DNA from: Prasinococcaceae sp. CCMP 1430
Lineage: Eukaryota > Plantae > Prasinodermophyta
DNA length: 64,000 bases
Assembly (NCBI GenBank): GCA_013416795.1
Contig: RQSC01000014.1
Coordinates: 295,557-359,556, forward strand
Direction of reading: 5' to 3'
The position numbers and the translations under genes were made by a program. The notes under the pieces were generated by a model, which ran no database searches, was not told where the DNA came from, and was given only the letters and a program-made list of their open reading frames with translations. This document shows, one piece after another, positions 25,101 through 36,947 of the stretch; positions within the stretch are counted from its first letter, which is position 1, and each line of letters starts with the position of its first letter.

Positions 25101-25741
25101 GCCACGCGGAGGGCGACGCATGTGTTGGAGTTGCAACGCGTGCGCTGTCCGACGCGACTGCTCAATGCCTCGACCGGCGCGGCGGGCGGACCCTCGGGCG
25201 CGTGCTGCGCGCATGCGCGGCGAGGTCTCACGCAGCCGCGCGGGCGGTGTGCGAGGCGGCCGCGCCGCGTGTGGGCGGCGGCTCGGCCGCTCGCTCGGAG
25301 TTCGCGCGCGTGGAGGCGGCACAGCTTGCACTGGCCGGCGCGCGCAATCTATGTGTTGCGGGCGATGCGAGCGCCAAGGCTTCGCGCGAGGCCGTGAAGG
25401 CCGCATGCGCCGCCGCCGATGCGCCACTTGCGGCGCTCGCTCGCGATCGGGAGGGCTTCAACAACGCGCGGCATCGAGCGCAAGCTCTGGCTGAGGCGCG
25501 CACACTAGCGGCCGCGCTGCTGCGTGCGGGTGGAACACTGCCGGCGCTTGCGGCCGCTGCACCAGATGCGTTGGCCGAGGCGCAGGACGAGGCGAACGAG
25601 CTGAGTGGCAAGGTGCGGCAGGCACTGCGGCTGCTCGCGCGCACGGCGTCGGGCGAAGACGGCAAGCGCAAGGGCAACGGCAAGCCGGCGGAGGTTTCGG
25701 AGAGCCCCAAGAAGAGGCGCAAACGCGCCAGCAAGGCGTGA
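22118..25741 (+). CDS. MYBBP1A: MYB-binding protein 1A / Pol5 (DNA polymerase phi family) nucleolar protein
   Basis: FWELAS, YTRRRLCRGLGSGRGGARQGFAAAL, HPRLHSVW, EPMDVLVDVVL, acidic tract, MDDAAMFRTDKAL, C-terminal basic NLS. Confidence 0.88.
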   Translation: MEAFWELASVHASDRAAAVRVLAAATPSLVDSTYTRRRLCRGLGSGRGGARQGFAAALAHLVADRAGSDSDWTPAAVLDEMDSALEISGGMKGPEVRDALIGRVFGFAALARAHAAGAAMGADAWAPRCVAGLVECYHAKAFLREAAVDALLAVAGALDDAELARHVCAHEGFAALLCAPAEELSAEALLLVVRLRARLPAELRARVEVLSRDADGGACASSDDALFGSAAAVARLVPALRDGTRAHPRLHSVWGALREALLPDGGDDESAATEARLCTFWRAAVDKGLCESSGERRYAALSLAVAWMPAVPPRALLRTALSRDVLATVVAGIGSGKKGKGEGDNLLTKAAKECLSSIVAFASSAEGRARGVGASLALGLLQHADAGAKLLVRGSAVATLVDELDEDGVAQYVDQLEADFLTPSVDAAADADEDETGVQGAETAEARANAAAHEHRSWALTQMCGTHRLPQLPRSARAALRARSARFLATHAFFVAKPSAKGDKTPSKRSRGAAKKTAAVATPALVDTTRALAAARLMSLLADSLKERPEAGADGAGSEGRDAPVAMSTATLDAVCAHVDECEASREWELAAEISEGVATARATLAAAPGAMALEAPAGAGAGEGATRAAARALMSALRLSLLAPDAEHADASEDLVSALTKLFPAPTKAKKTPAKKSKKAASADAAEEEPEPMDVLVDVVLAVEASPSPLLRPLAETLFRGTCARVSQTGLADIVRVVTTESNTATAAGDDDGVLVEGDSDDEGSDEDDYDDDMESDEESDEGGDGAGVFGVAGGAAARSRGSVGAQSSDDESDGSGSGSESESEEDGMDMDDAAMFRTDKALSAHLSLVRERARARREATQALEHFRSRACGLLEACAGRRPCPAHAFVDVVPQLLALVSKAVVTSKGAATDASRGSQAQLTALGSRVAGLLKRLSSADVARGEAGEAAALGDAAAAALAKVLSRSRKQSKAPPAAMAGACGGAAQFLLRCVSHAEGDACVGVATRALSDATAQCLDRRGGRTLGRVLRACAARSHAAARAVCEAAAPRVGGGSAARSEFARVEAAQLALAGARNLCVAGDASAKASREAVKAACAAADAPLAALARDREGFNNARHRAQALAEARTLAAALLRAGGTLPALAAAAPDALAEAQDEANELSGKVRQALRLLARTASGEDGKRKGNGKPAEVSESPKKRRKRASKA

Positions 25742-26026
25742 GGCGACTTTGTGGCGGCGGTGTGCTGGCGGCGTCGCATGCGACAACGTGCGGCGCGCGC
25801 CACAGACGCCAATTAAGCCAGCTGAATGCACGCCCGCGTTGGCCATGCTCGCCCCCAGCCCCAGCTGATGCGTACGCGCTGGGCACTGCGTGTTCGGCGG
25901 CGTGTCTGGTCAAGTGCGATTTGAGGGTGATTTTCAGTGTTGGGCTGCGCCCACGCGCACGCGAGCTGGGGCACGGGCGCCGCGGCGCAGCAGATGGCGC
26001 GGGCCTCGCCCGCTCGCTCCCCAGCG

Positions 26027-27000
26027 CTAGCTACCCTGGAGCATGCGGTCAAGCTGCGCCACCTGTTCCTTCAGCGCCCCGTACTTGCGAACGTCAAAGC
26101 CCTGCTTGGCGTATAAGGTGTCCATGCGTTGGCAAACGATCTTCTGGAAGACGTTCTGGTTGGTGCACTCTCTCTCGGTGGTCATGAAGTAGGTGTAGCC
26201 CCCAATCATGAGCGCGAGGCCGGTGAAGTAGCTCACCGGCTCCATCACTGCGGCGCGGGCGGGGAGGGATGGCGCACGCGCGTCAGGAACGCGCCGCGCG
26301 GCAATGCAGCACGAGCGCGGCACAGGGGCGCCATCTGGGGCGTCCCCCTCACCGTCCCAGGACAGCTCGTAGAATGTGAGCTGGTAGAAGACGCCGAATT
26401 GCGTGAGCAGCCCCGCGTAGCCCGTCCACAGGATTGCCCTGGCGCGTCGCACAGCCGACCTTTCGATCTCGTCGTGCTCAGCGGCGAGCGGCTTGAGCTC
26501 GTCGTTTACGCGCTCGCGAAGCTCTGACAGGCGCTTGCGCAGGCTGTCCGTGAGCACCACGCCTCCCCCCTCCGCCGTGCCCCTCGCGCCCAAGGCCGCG
26601 CCCACTGCGGCAGTGAGCACCTCGGGCCTGAGCAGGACGTCGTCGCGCACGCGCAGCACGACACCTGCGTCGTGAAGGGCGTCGACCACGCGCTCGGCGT
26701 GTTCATCACTTTCCGCCGCACCCGCGTCACGGGCGAGAGCTACGAGCTCCTCGCGCGGCATGGTCGCGCGCGTCGCGCCATGCACGCTGAGCGCCTCGCG
26801 CAAGGCCCGCACGGACGCGCCGCGCAGCACCTCGGACTGCTCATCGGCAGAAAGCTCGAACGCCTCTCCGCCGTCGGTGCCGCTCGCCGCAAACCCGCGC
26901 AGCCCGGCCCCGAAACCGAGGCGCGGTGCAGCAGGCGCGTCCCTCGCGGGCGCCGCGGCCGCGGCCGCGGCCGTCGCGCGCGCGCGGACGTCGCCGTCGC
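26027..27000 (-). CDS. MCU: Mitochondrial calcium uniporter; intron 26352-26248; start unresolved
   Basis: Removing the 105-nt intron restores LTFYELSWDVMEPVSYF (WDxxEP selectivity filter) between two TM helices. The frame stays open to about 27030 with no ATG upstream of 26830. Confidence 0.9.
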
Positions 27001-27526
27001 GACGCCCGCCCGCGCGGACTCGTTTTGCCCTACATTACATACACTCGCCCGTGTGTAGCTCCAGCAGACTCCACATCAAAACACGTCCGCCCGCGCGCGC
27101 GCCCGTCGCGATCCGCGCGCGAGAGGTCAAACCGCATCTGTACGCGGCGTGCGCCCGCGCGCGGAAGAGGAAAAAAAAAAGGCGCCCGCGACGAACCGCG
27201 CGCGGTCGGAGGGGCCAAACTGTTGCTCGGTTCGGGCACGTCAGAATCCATTGCTGTGTCCCGTCCGTTTCCGGTCGAGTTCCTCCCGAAAACTCAATGT
27301 GCCTGCCTGCGAGGGCGGTGTTCCTCGTACGAGGAAAATCGTGAGAGGCGAGGTCGGCTCTGCGTGTGCCGAATTTGGGTTTGGTGTTTGAGCCCTAATC
27401 CGAGGCGCGCGCGCGCAGCGCCGGCGCCCCCGGACGCCCGGCCGCCCCGCGGCTCGGCAGGCNTTCGCGGCAGCGCTCCTCGCAGCGGCGGGGCTGGACG
27501 CGCCCGCACCGGCGCGGCCGCCGCCG

Positions 27527-28185
27527 TTGCTCGGCGCGGGGGTGGCAGAGCAGCCGCTCGCCGAGTCAGCCGAGGCCGCTGGCGGCGGTGCGTACGTCCT
27601 GCGCGCCGCCGCCTCCGGTGCCGCGTTCGCCGCACCGCGCGAGTGGAGCTTCGCTTCGCTCGCGGCAGCCGGACTCCGCGGCTCGTCGCGGCGCAGTGCG
27701 ACGCCAGACTTCACGTACTGCGAAGAGATGCACCCGGCGGTGGCGGCGGGCACTTTTGCTCCACCCAGCACGAGCCGCCCAATGTCGGCGCTCGAGTGGG
27801 CCGCCCGCGCCGCCCTTGGCGCACGAGAACGCGCGGCTGGGCCTTTCTACTACCTGCAAGCGGCGCTCACGGGCTCTCCTCTCGAAAGCGAGGCGGAGGC
27901 CGCCGCATCAGCTGCCGCCGCCGCCGCTAGGCTGCCAGGTGGGCGCGCGACGCAGCCCCCGCGCGCGTGGTGCAGCCGCGCGGGCTACGTCTCGACGCTG
28001 CACTACGACGCCAGCGACTCGCTCCTGATGCAGCTCCGAGGCAGCAAGACCATCGTCGTGTGGCCGCGCGCGGCGCTCGAGTCGCTGCGCCCTTACCCAG
28101 ACTCCCATCCGCTGCGTCGACGCTGCCGCGCCGACCCGCGCCTCCCCGCGGGTGCGCCCGAGGGGGTTCCTGCGGGCGGGGCGCG
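27527..28185 (+). CDS. JmjC/cupin-8 domain fragment (C-terminal half missing; start uncertain)
   Basis: [53 protein letters not shown]; no PGDxLxxPxxWxH segment follows. Confidence 0.7.
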
Positions 28186-28418
28186 GTGCGTGGCGCGGCG
28201 CCGGCGGAGGCGCGCTCGCGGCGCCTTCGTTGCAGCAGCTGCTGACGCCTCACGCTACTCTCGACCAACCCCTTCACACGCCTCCACGCCCCCCCTCCGT
28301 CATCCTCTACCCACGGGCCAATGACCCCGTACTCCGCTCTTCTCGACGCATCCTCTCTTTTGGCGTTGCCGCGCCTGTGGCTCCCCTGCCGCGTTGGCGC
28401 CGCCGCGGGCTCGAACAG

Positions 28419-30857
28419 AGCGGACACGTTCCGCATTCTCATCGCCACTGACAACCATCTCGGGCTGAACGAAAAGTGCCAGGAGCGCAAGAATGACTCC
28501 TTCGAAGCGTTCGAGGAGGTGCTGAAGATGGCGGTGAAGATGAAGGTGGACTTCCTGCTGCTCGATGGCGACCTCTTTCACGACAACGTGCCCAGCCGCG
28601 CGACGATGGTGCGCACGATGGACATGCTGCGCAAGTACTGCATCGGCGACGGCGCGGTGCGCTTCCAGGTCGTAAGCGACCAAGCGCGCAACTTCGACCG
28701 AGTGGGCGCCAGCAACGTGGTGAATTTCGAAGGTGCGTAGTGCCGCGCTCCTGGGACACCGCACGTCCGCGCCCGGTGTGCCTCCGGGCGCCGCCACTGG
28801 CTCTGCCGAACCTCGCGCCGTTGGTAGCGCTGACGCGAACGCCCCATCCTCCGCGCGCTCGCGTTCCTCCGCCCGTGCCCGACGCCGCCTATCTGCCCGC
28901 GCACTGTCACACCCTCGCGCCAGATGAGCACTTGAACGTCAAGCTGCCCGTGTTCTGCATCCACGGCAACCACGACGATCCGACCGGCGCCGACCATCAC
29001 AGCGCCCTCGACGTGCTCAGCTCCGCGCAGCTTGTCAATTACTTCGGCAAGGCCCAGACGACCGTTCAGCCGAACGGCAAGGACACCACCGGCGCCATCA
29101 AGGTATGGCCCGTGCTGATGGTGAAGGGCGAAACGAAGCTCGCGCTGTACGGCCTCGGAAACATGCGTGATGAGCGCCTCCATCGCATGTTCCACCAGCC
29201 CGAGCACGTCAAATTCGTGCGCCCCGCAGGCGACAACAAGGACGACTGGTTCTCCGTTTTCGGCATCCACCAGAATCGCGAGGGATACGGATCCAAGGCG
29301 TTCATACCTCACAACGTGCTTCCGGACTTTCTGGACCTGATCGTGTGGGGACACGAGCACGAGTCGAAGCCCGAACCGGAGAGTGTGCAGGGACTGGAAA
29401 AGGCGGTTGTCCTGCAGCCAGGCTCAACAGTCGTGATGCAGCTCACCGAGGCAGAGTCCAAACGCAAGCACGCGTGCTTGCTGGAGGTGCGCAGCGGGCA
29501 ATACCGCGTGACGCCCAAGCCCATCCCCAACCAGCGCCCCTTCATCTTCGCCAGCGTCGCTCTGAGAGACCACATCGCCGCGGAGGAGGCGCAGGACTCG
29601 GAAGCGGTCGCGCGCTTCCTGCAGGACCACGTGGAGGGTCTGCTCTCTGAGCACGCGGACGAAATGGCCATGCGCGACGAGGACGCGCGAAATGAAGGCA
29701 GGGCGGGCGAAAGCAGCTGGCTGGATCCGCACAAGAAGCCGCTCGTGCGCGTCAAGGTCGACTACTCGGGCAAGGACAACAACAGGCCCTACACCACCAT
29801 CAACGTGCAGCGCTTCGGGCAGGAGTTCGTCGGCAAGGTTGCCAATCCCAAGGACATTCTGAACTTCTCCAAGGCGGCGAGCAAGGCGCAGGGCAGAAAG
29901 GCGGCGGCGCATGGCTCGACGGCCAACGCAGAGATCGCTCGAGAAGAGGAGCTTCTGCGCAACGCAGGTGGCGGCGGGGGCAGACAAATCGAGCAGCTCG
30001 TGTCGCAGAATCTGTCCGCGGAGATGTCGATCATCGACGACAGGGACCTCAGCCTGGCGCTGCAGAAGTACGTGCACAAGGACGACAAGAGTGCATTCAT
30101 GGACATGGTGCGCGCCAAAATCGAGGAGACTGCGAAGGTCATGAAGCAGCGCGATGCGACGAACTTGGGGAGCGAGCAAGAGGTGCAGGCGGCCGTGCGG
30201 GATCACGCACAGGCGCTTATGAAGAAACGCAGGGAGGCTGAGGGTGACGGCGACGAAGCGGTGGGCGGCGCCTCGACGGGCCCCGCCGCAGCTGCGAAGG
30301 GCAAGGCCAAAGCGAGGGCGCCGCTGAGGCAGGCGACGCTGGCCGACATGGACGCCAACCGCGAGGGGGGTGCACAAGCCAAGAAGCGCGGTCGCGCTGA
30401 GGCCGATGCGGCCTCCGGTGGCGACGCCTTTGGCGAGGAAGGGCCAACGCCTGCGCGCGCGAGCAAGCGGGCCGCGGCTGTGACGCGCAAGTCGCCGCGT
30501 GGGAAGGCACCGGCAGCGGCGGCAACGAGGGGTCGCAGCACCCGCGGAGGTGGGCGCGCCACTGCGAGGTGTGAGGCGCAAGTACTCGACACAGACAGCG
30601 ACGAGGACGATCCTGCATTCGCCCCAACTGAGGATGGCGGATCTGAGGACAGCGAGATGGAAGAGGCTGCAGAAGCACCCAAGATGACCAGCAGGGGGCG
30701 CGCCGCCTCGCAGCGCGGCGCCGTCCGGGCGTCGCAACGCGGCACCACGCGAGGCACGCAGCGCGGCACGCAGCGCACGCGCGGCGGCAGCCAGCGGGCG
30801 ACGCGTGCCGGTGGCGGCAATGACGATGACGACGACGGCCCTGGGTACCGCTTCTGA
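28419..30857 (+). CDS. MRE11: Double-strand break repair nuclease MRE11; exons 28419-28732 and 28924-30857, plus an upstream exon
   Basis: ILIATDNHLG, GDLFHDN, VNFED|EHLNVKLPVFCIHGNHDDPTG, LYGLGNMRDERL, HQNR, WGHEHE, QPGS, FGQEFVGKVANP. Confidence 0.97.
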
Positions 30858-31128
30858 GCCTCACGTGGGTGAGAAAGTAGCTACTGACTCCTGCCTACGC
30901 CAGCAGCGCATAATGAGACGACAGCGGCGCAATGAGTGTGCGCGTACGAACCGAGTGCGCGTGCGAAGGCACCATGAGCGCGGGCATCGGGCGCTCTAGC
31001 GCACCGAGCGCGCGCGCGCGCGCACCGCATTAATACTGATCGAAACACGAGCGTCGGGCGGCTTTGCGGCCGCTACACACATCTTGAGCCGCGTTGCCAA
31101 AAAATGAGCTGTGAGCCCCGTGAGTTCG

Positions 31129-31970
31129 TTAATGCTCGAGCCCTGGCGCCTTGTCGGCGCCCGTGTAATCGTAGATGTGCTGCGCGTCTTTGGGCCGCAA
31201 GAACAGAGAGCGCCGCTCGGCGCCAAAGGGGATCTTGTCTGACACCTGCGCAGCTCGAGCGTGAAAAGGTGGCGATGCGCCGATGGGTGTTGGTGTGGAT
31301 GCAGGAAAGGCGCAAATGTGTGAGCCCGCGCGCGCGCTGGGGGTGCCCGCAGGAGGTCGCCCTCCCGTACACTCGCTCGCGCGCCTACGAGCAGTTCCAA
31401 CGCACGCACCTCGTCCACCTTGTCTGCGGCGCCACAGGTCGTGAGGTCGAACGTAGTGATCACCTTCTCGCGGCTTCGGCGCTGTGAGTGAGTGTAGTAT
31501 TTGATGTCGTACACGCGCTCGGGGGACGACCTCGGAATGATGGCCGTCTCGGCCTTAGCCCTGCACGGGCGAGCCGGCGCGGGTGCGCAGCGAGCGTCAG
31601 CGCGATGTTCACGCACGGCGCCATGCTCTGAGGCCCCCCACACGCCCGCGCGTCCGTGCCAGGCGCGCTCGTGTGCCAGGTGCGGCCGGCGCCCAAACCC
31701 AAAAAGCGCCGCCGGGCGAGACAAACGCGCAGACTGCGCACCGGCGCGCGCGGGCGCCGCAGCAGCGCGGCGCGCGCACCTCAGGTTGGTTCGGTAGTCC
31801 GTGGCTTCCACAACCGCCTCGTTCCACTTCTCTGGGTCCGACGCCGGGCCCGAGAGCGGCTTCCACGGCCTCCAGCCGAGCAGGCCGATGAATCCGCCGC
31901 TGTGCGCTGTCTCAGTCGCGTAGCCCGCGCGCGCGCCGAGCGCGCGCGCGGGCGCGGCGAGCGCCGCGGC
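31129..31970 (-). CDS. NDUFA7: Complex I accessory subunit B14.5a/NDUFA7-like, 5'-truncated by gap; exons <31970-31780, 31560-31410, 31245-31129
   Basis: RPWKPLSGPASDPE, ATDYR, AIIPRSSPERVYDIKYYT resemble plant/green-algal B14.5a; two frame-compatible GT-AG introns. Confidence 0.75.
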
Positions 31971-32994
31971 NNNNNNNNNNNNNNNNNNNNNNNNNNNNNN
32001 NNNNNNNNNNNNNNNNNNNNNNNNNNNNNNNNNNNNNNNNNNNNNNNNNNNNNNNNNNNNNNNNNNNNNNNNNNNNNNNNNNNNNNNNNNNNNNNNNNNN
32101 NNNNNNNNNNNNNNNNNNNNNNNNNNNNNNNNNNNNNNNNNNNNNNNNNNNNNNNNNNNNNNNNNNNNNNNNNNNNNNNNNNNNNNNNNNNNNNNNNNNN
32201 NNNNNNNNNNNNNNNNNNNNNNNNNNNNNNNNNNNNNNNNNNNNNNNNNNNNNNNNNNNNNNNNNNNNNNNNNNNNNNNNNNNNNNNNNNNNNNNNNNNN
32301 NNNNNNNNNNNNNNNNNNNNNNNNNNNNNNNNNNNNNNNNNNNNNNNNNNNNNNNNNNNNNNNNNNNNNNNNNNNNNNNNNNNNNNNNNNNNNNNNNNNN
32401 NNNNNNNNNNNNNNNNNNNNNNNNNNNNNNNNNNNNNNNNNNNNNNNNNNNNNNNNNNNNNNNNNNNNNNNNNNNNNNNNNNNNNNNNNNNNNNNNNNNN
32501 NNNNNNNNNNNNNNNNNNNNNNNNNNNNNNNNNNNNNNNNNNNNNNNNNNNNNNNNNNNNNNNNNNNNNNNNNNNNNNNNNNNNNNNNNNNNNNNNNNNN
32601 NNNNNNNNNNNNNNNNNNNNNNNNNNNNNNNNNNNNNNNNNNNNNNNNNNNNNNNNNNNNNNNNNNNNNNNNNNNNNNNNNNNNNNNNNNNNNNNNNNNN
32701 NNNNNNNNNNNNNNNNNNNNNNNNNNNNNNNNNNNNNNNNNNNNNNNNNNNNNNNNNNNNNNNNNNNNNNNNNNNNNNNNNNNNNNNNNNNNNNNNNNNN
32801 NNNNNNNNNNNNNNNNNNNNNNNNNNNNNNNNNNNNNNNNNNNNNNNNNNNNNNNNNNNNNNNNNNNNNNNNGCGCGCTCGCGCGCCCGCTGGCGCAGGC
32901 GCTCGCGCCGCCGCTCGCTTCGCCCCCCGCGCGCCACCGGGATGCTGTGCTGACGACAGCTGCCCGCACGCTTGGCTCTCACCCGCTCTTGTAG

Positions 32995-33543
32995 AAAATC
33001 AACGACTCGCTCGCCGCGCAGGTCGTGTCCTCGCTGCTGTACCTTGAGGCGCTTTCCCCCGAGGACGACATCCGCATCTACCTGAACACTCAGGGCGGCA
33101 TGGGCCACAGCGTGATGGGCATCTACGACACCATGCAGTACGTGCGCCCAGACGTGCAGACTGTCGCGCTGGGCGTGGTGGGCTCGAGCGCGAACCTGCT
33201 GCTCGCGGGCGGCACGGCGGGCAAGCGCATGTCCACGACCAACGCGCGTGTCATGCTGGGGCAGCCGTTCGGCGGCGCGGCGGGTAGCGTGGTTGACGCG
33301 ACCATCACGAGCAACGAGCTCGTCAGGCAGCGCGCGGTGATCAACGAGCTCTACGCCAAGCACACAGGTCTTCCCGTGAGCGAGGTCGCCGCGCTGTGCG
33401 ACCGCGACCGCTTCCTCTCGGGCCCGGAGGCCAAGGAGCTCAAGTTCATCGACGAGGTCATCGATGAGGAGTACGGTATCTTCGGGCCCGTGCCGGAGAG
33501 CTGCACGCTGCCCGAGTACGCCGCGCTCGACACGGTGGGCTAG
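32995..33543 (+). CDS. ClpP-family subunit, probably non-catalytic (ClpR-like); last exon only
   Basis: LLYLE, DIRIYLNTQGG, IYDTMQYVRPDVQTV, DRDRFLS; the catalytic His motif MIHQP is replaced by MLGQP. Confidence 0.85.
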   Translation, partial: KINDSLAAQVVSSLLYLEALSPEDDIRIYLNTQGGMGHSVMGIYDTMQYVRPDVQTVALGVVGSSANLLLAGGTAGKRMSTTNARVMLGQPFGGAAGSVVDATITSNELVRQRAVINELYAKHTGLPVSEVAALCDRDRFLSGPEAKELKFIDEVIDEEYGIFGPVPESCTLPEYAALDTVG

Positions 33544-34098
33544 GCTGGTCTCCTGCGCGCGCGAGGGGGCGAGTGCGATGCTCGCGCTCATGTCTGCTTT
33601 GCGTCGCTGGCCCGGCGCTCGCACGCTTGCGTGTGCGTTGCACGGCCAGCCGCCTTCCACCCCCGTGTGCGGGGCTTAATACATTTTCATCTGCGTCACA
33701 GAAGCGCTGGTTCCTTTTGCACCGCATGGCCATGCTATGTGAATGAATCGCCCGTGGGACAATTTCATCTTCATTTTGTCGAATTTGTGGACCTCCCTGG
33801 AGCTGCAGCGCTCTGCTTCACGGCGATCAGATACCGAGGCGCGGACCGTAGCGCGTACCATCGCGATGGCGGAGATGGAGATGCGTTCGCGCACCATAAC
33901 GTGCGCGCCGCGCTGGCGCCCCCCCTCCCCCCCTCCACCGCCCGACTCCGAGCCCCTTCCACCCACGCGCGAGGTCGCCGCCAGCTCGGCCCCCGCCGCG
34001 CCTCCCCCCCCCTTCCTTGGCCCGCTCCCGTCCACCCTGCGCCCAGGCCCAGGACCGCCCGCAGCCGCGGCGCGCGCGAGCAACATTTTGGTCGCGCC

Positions 34099-35850
34099 AT
34101 GAGCGGCAACGCGCACGAGATGTGCATGGGCGAGTTCGAGCGCGCCGCCAAGCGCGCCCGGGCGGGCTGCGCGCCGCCGTTTGCCGAGGAGTTCCCGTTC
34201 TCGCAGCAGGAGAAGCGCGCGCGGGCGCCGTACGGCGAGATGAACCTGCTGCACGGCAAGGAGGCGGTGGGGCACGACGCCATGCACGCCGCTGGGGTCA
34301 CAGACGAGGGGCCAATGCCCGTGCCGGAATCGTACTTCCGCGGCATGAACGGTTTCGACGAGGTGCGCATGCTGAGACGAACGCCTGCGTGCGCGGGGGC
34401 GGCGCGTCGCTTGGTGGCGCTGGCGCGAGTCAAGGGCGCTGACGCGCCCGCGGCGCGCCGCGCCGCGCGCCCCGCGCGTGTCACCGCGCGATCGTGATCG
34501 CACCGCGCAGCACTACGATTTGGTGATCGTCGGCTGCGGCCTGTCGGGCTGCGTGATCGCCGAGCGCGCTCTCGCCGAGTTCGGATACAAGTCGCTCATC
34601 ATCGACAAGCGCGACCACATCGGCGGGAACTGCTACGACTACCTGGACCGCCACGGCATTCGCGTGTCCCTGTATGGCGTGCACCTGTTTCACACCAAGT
34701 TTGAGCGTGTGCGCGAGTACGTCTCCAAGTTCTCCGAGTGGATGCCGTATGAGCACCGCGTCAAGGCGCGCGTCTCGGACGTCAGGGGCGACTTCAAAAG
34801 CGTGCCCGTGCCGCCCGTGCAACAAGCCGTCAATACGCTCTTCGACGCGAACGTCAACAGGTGCGTGGACGTGTGAGCGCCGCGAGCGCGGTGGGACGGC
34901 GAAGCTTGCAGGCGCCTGCTCGTGCGCTGCTGACTGTCGATCGCCCCGGTCTCCAACGAACGCCGCCCACCGCCGGAATCCCGAACAGCGAGGAGGAGAT
35001 GCTCGCGTGGCTGGACGAGCGCCGCCCGAAGATCGACAACCCCGCCAACGGTGAGGAGGCGGCCCTCTCGCGCGTGGGCCCCGAGCTGTACGAGAAGATA
35101 TTCAAGTATTACACGAAGAAACAGTGGGACAAGTATCCGGCGGAGCTCGACGCCAGCGTGCTCGCGCGCATTCCCTGCCGCACAAACACGGACGATCGCT
35201 ACTTCGGCGACGACTGGCAGGCGCTGCCCGCGCGCGGGTACACGCGCATCTTCGAGAACATGCTGTACCCCCACCAGGACAAGATCCACGTGCGCCTGGG
35301 CGTCGACTTCTTCGCCATGCGCGACAAGCTGCCCAAGCACGATCTCCTGGTCTTCACTGGCCCCATCGACCGCTACTTCGCAGGCAAGGGCCTGCCCAAG
35401 CTCGAGTACCGCTCGCTCAAGTTCGAGTGCGAGTATCACGAGCCCGAGGGCGGCTACTACCAGGAGGCGCTGCAGGTGAACTATCCCGAGATGAAGTGCA
35501 AGGGCGAGGACGTCACCTACACGCGCATCACTGAGTACAAGCACAAGCCCAACCAGCCGGCGGGCGTGCACTCCAAGCCCGGTACTGTCATCTACAAGGA
35601 GTGGTCGTGCGACGACGGCGATCCGTACTACCCGGTGCCCAATCCTGCCAACCGCGAGCTGTACGAGAAGTACAAGGCCATGGCCGACGAGGAGAAGGGC
35701 GTGTGCTTCGTTGGCCGCCTCGCGAGCTACAAGTACTTCAACATGGACCAGGCCATCCTCAACGCGCTCGAGATGTTCGACAACCTCAAGGAGACGGGCA
35801 AGCTCGCGCCCAAGACGGCCTTTGTGAACGGAATCGAGCCCAAGTACTGA
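34099..35850 (+). CDS. glf: UDP-galactopyranose mutase; exons 34099-34362, 34511-34860, 34989-35850
   Basis: IVGCGLSG, RDHIGGNCYD, YGVHLFHT, YTKKQW, DDRYFGD, FTGPIDRYF, LEYRSL, TRITEYKH, PYYPVP, GRLASYKYFNMDQAI. Confidence 0.96.
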
Positions 35851-36947
35851 GGCGGCCTGGTTGGCGTGCGCGGCCAGTAACGACTGCCACTATCCCAGCG
35901 GTGCACCCCTTCCCACCGCCACCGCCACCGCCACCAGCGCCCACACGGCGCCCGCGGCGGAGCGCGCGCCCGAGCGCGAGCGCCCGCGCGCCGGTCCGTG
36001 CGCTCGAGCGCTCCAGCTCGACCGCGGTCTCGATCGATACCATCATGGTATCGTCCAATCGCGCTCCGCCGTCGCGACAGCGCCCGCGTCCGCGTCCGCC
36101 ATCAAAAACGCACTGCCGCGCGGCGGCGGCGCGGCGCGCGGCCCCCCTCTCCCCCCCCAACCAAACATTATCCGGCCGCGGCCCCCAGCGCGATCCGCCA
36201 CCGACGGAATTCCGTCACGAAGACGCGCGTGTGGGGTGGGATTCCACCGGGATTCAGATCACTTTCGTGTGTCCGGCGACGGGCGGGCGCGCGCGCGCGC
36301 GCGGCGGGAGATGGAATCCGTGAGTGGGAGTGGCGAGTGGCTGTCAGCGCGCGCGCGCGAGCGAGCGCAGGGGGTAGCGAGGGGGGAATGGGGTTGGTGC
36401 CACTCGGCCGGCCCCTCGCCCCGTTGAGCCCCAACCCTCCCCCCTCGTAGCCAGGAGATGGCGATGGCAGCCCGCACGACGGCCGGCGCGCGCGCGGCCG
36501 CGCCCGTGCCCGAGGCCGCGCCCATCACGGCCATCGACCACCCTCTGTCCCCCCCCCCTCTCGCCGCGCTCGCCCCTCTGCCGCGCGCGTAGTGGCCGGC
36601 AGCAGCGGGGCGCCCGCGTGAGGCCGCGCACTTCTTGTTATCCACTGCCTCATGGACGGTGGTTACAAAGTTTTGGCTCTCGCAAAGGGTGGGAGGGTGG
36701 GCGAGCGACGCACACGCGTCGCGAGCAGCAGAACTGGCGCGTCGCCGCGAATGCCTCCCCCACCCCCCTTCGGCCCCGACAATTTCTGCCCCTGCAGAGT
36801 TTAGGGCTCCCTCGAGACCCCACGTTGGTCTCCTTCGCGGCTCCGTAATGGCGTTTGACACCTTCACTGCTCACCGGAGCGGTGCGGCCGCGTGTGGTGC
36901 GACCACTGTAGTACCTCGGCGCGCGGCGGGCGCCGGTCGCGGGCGCT

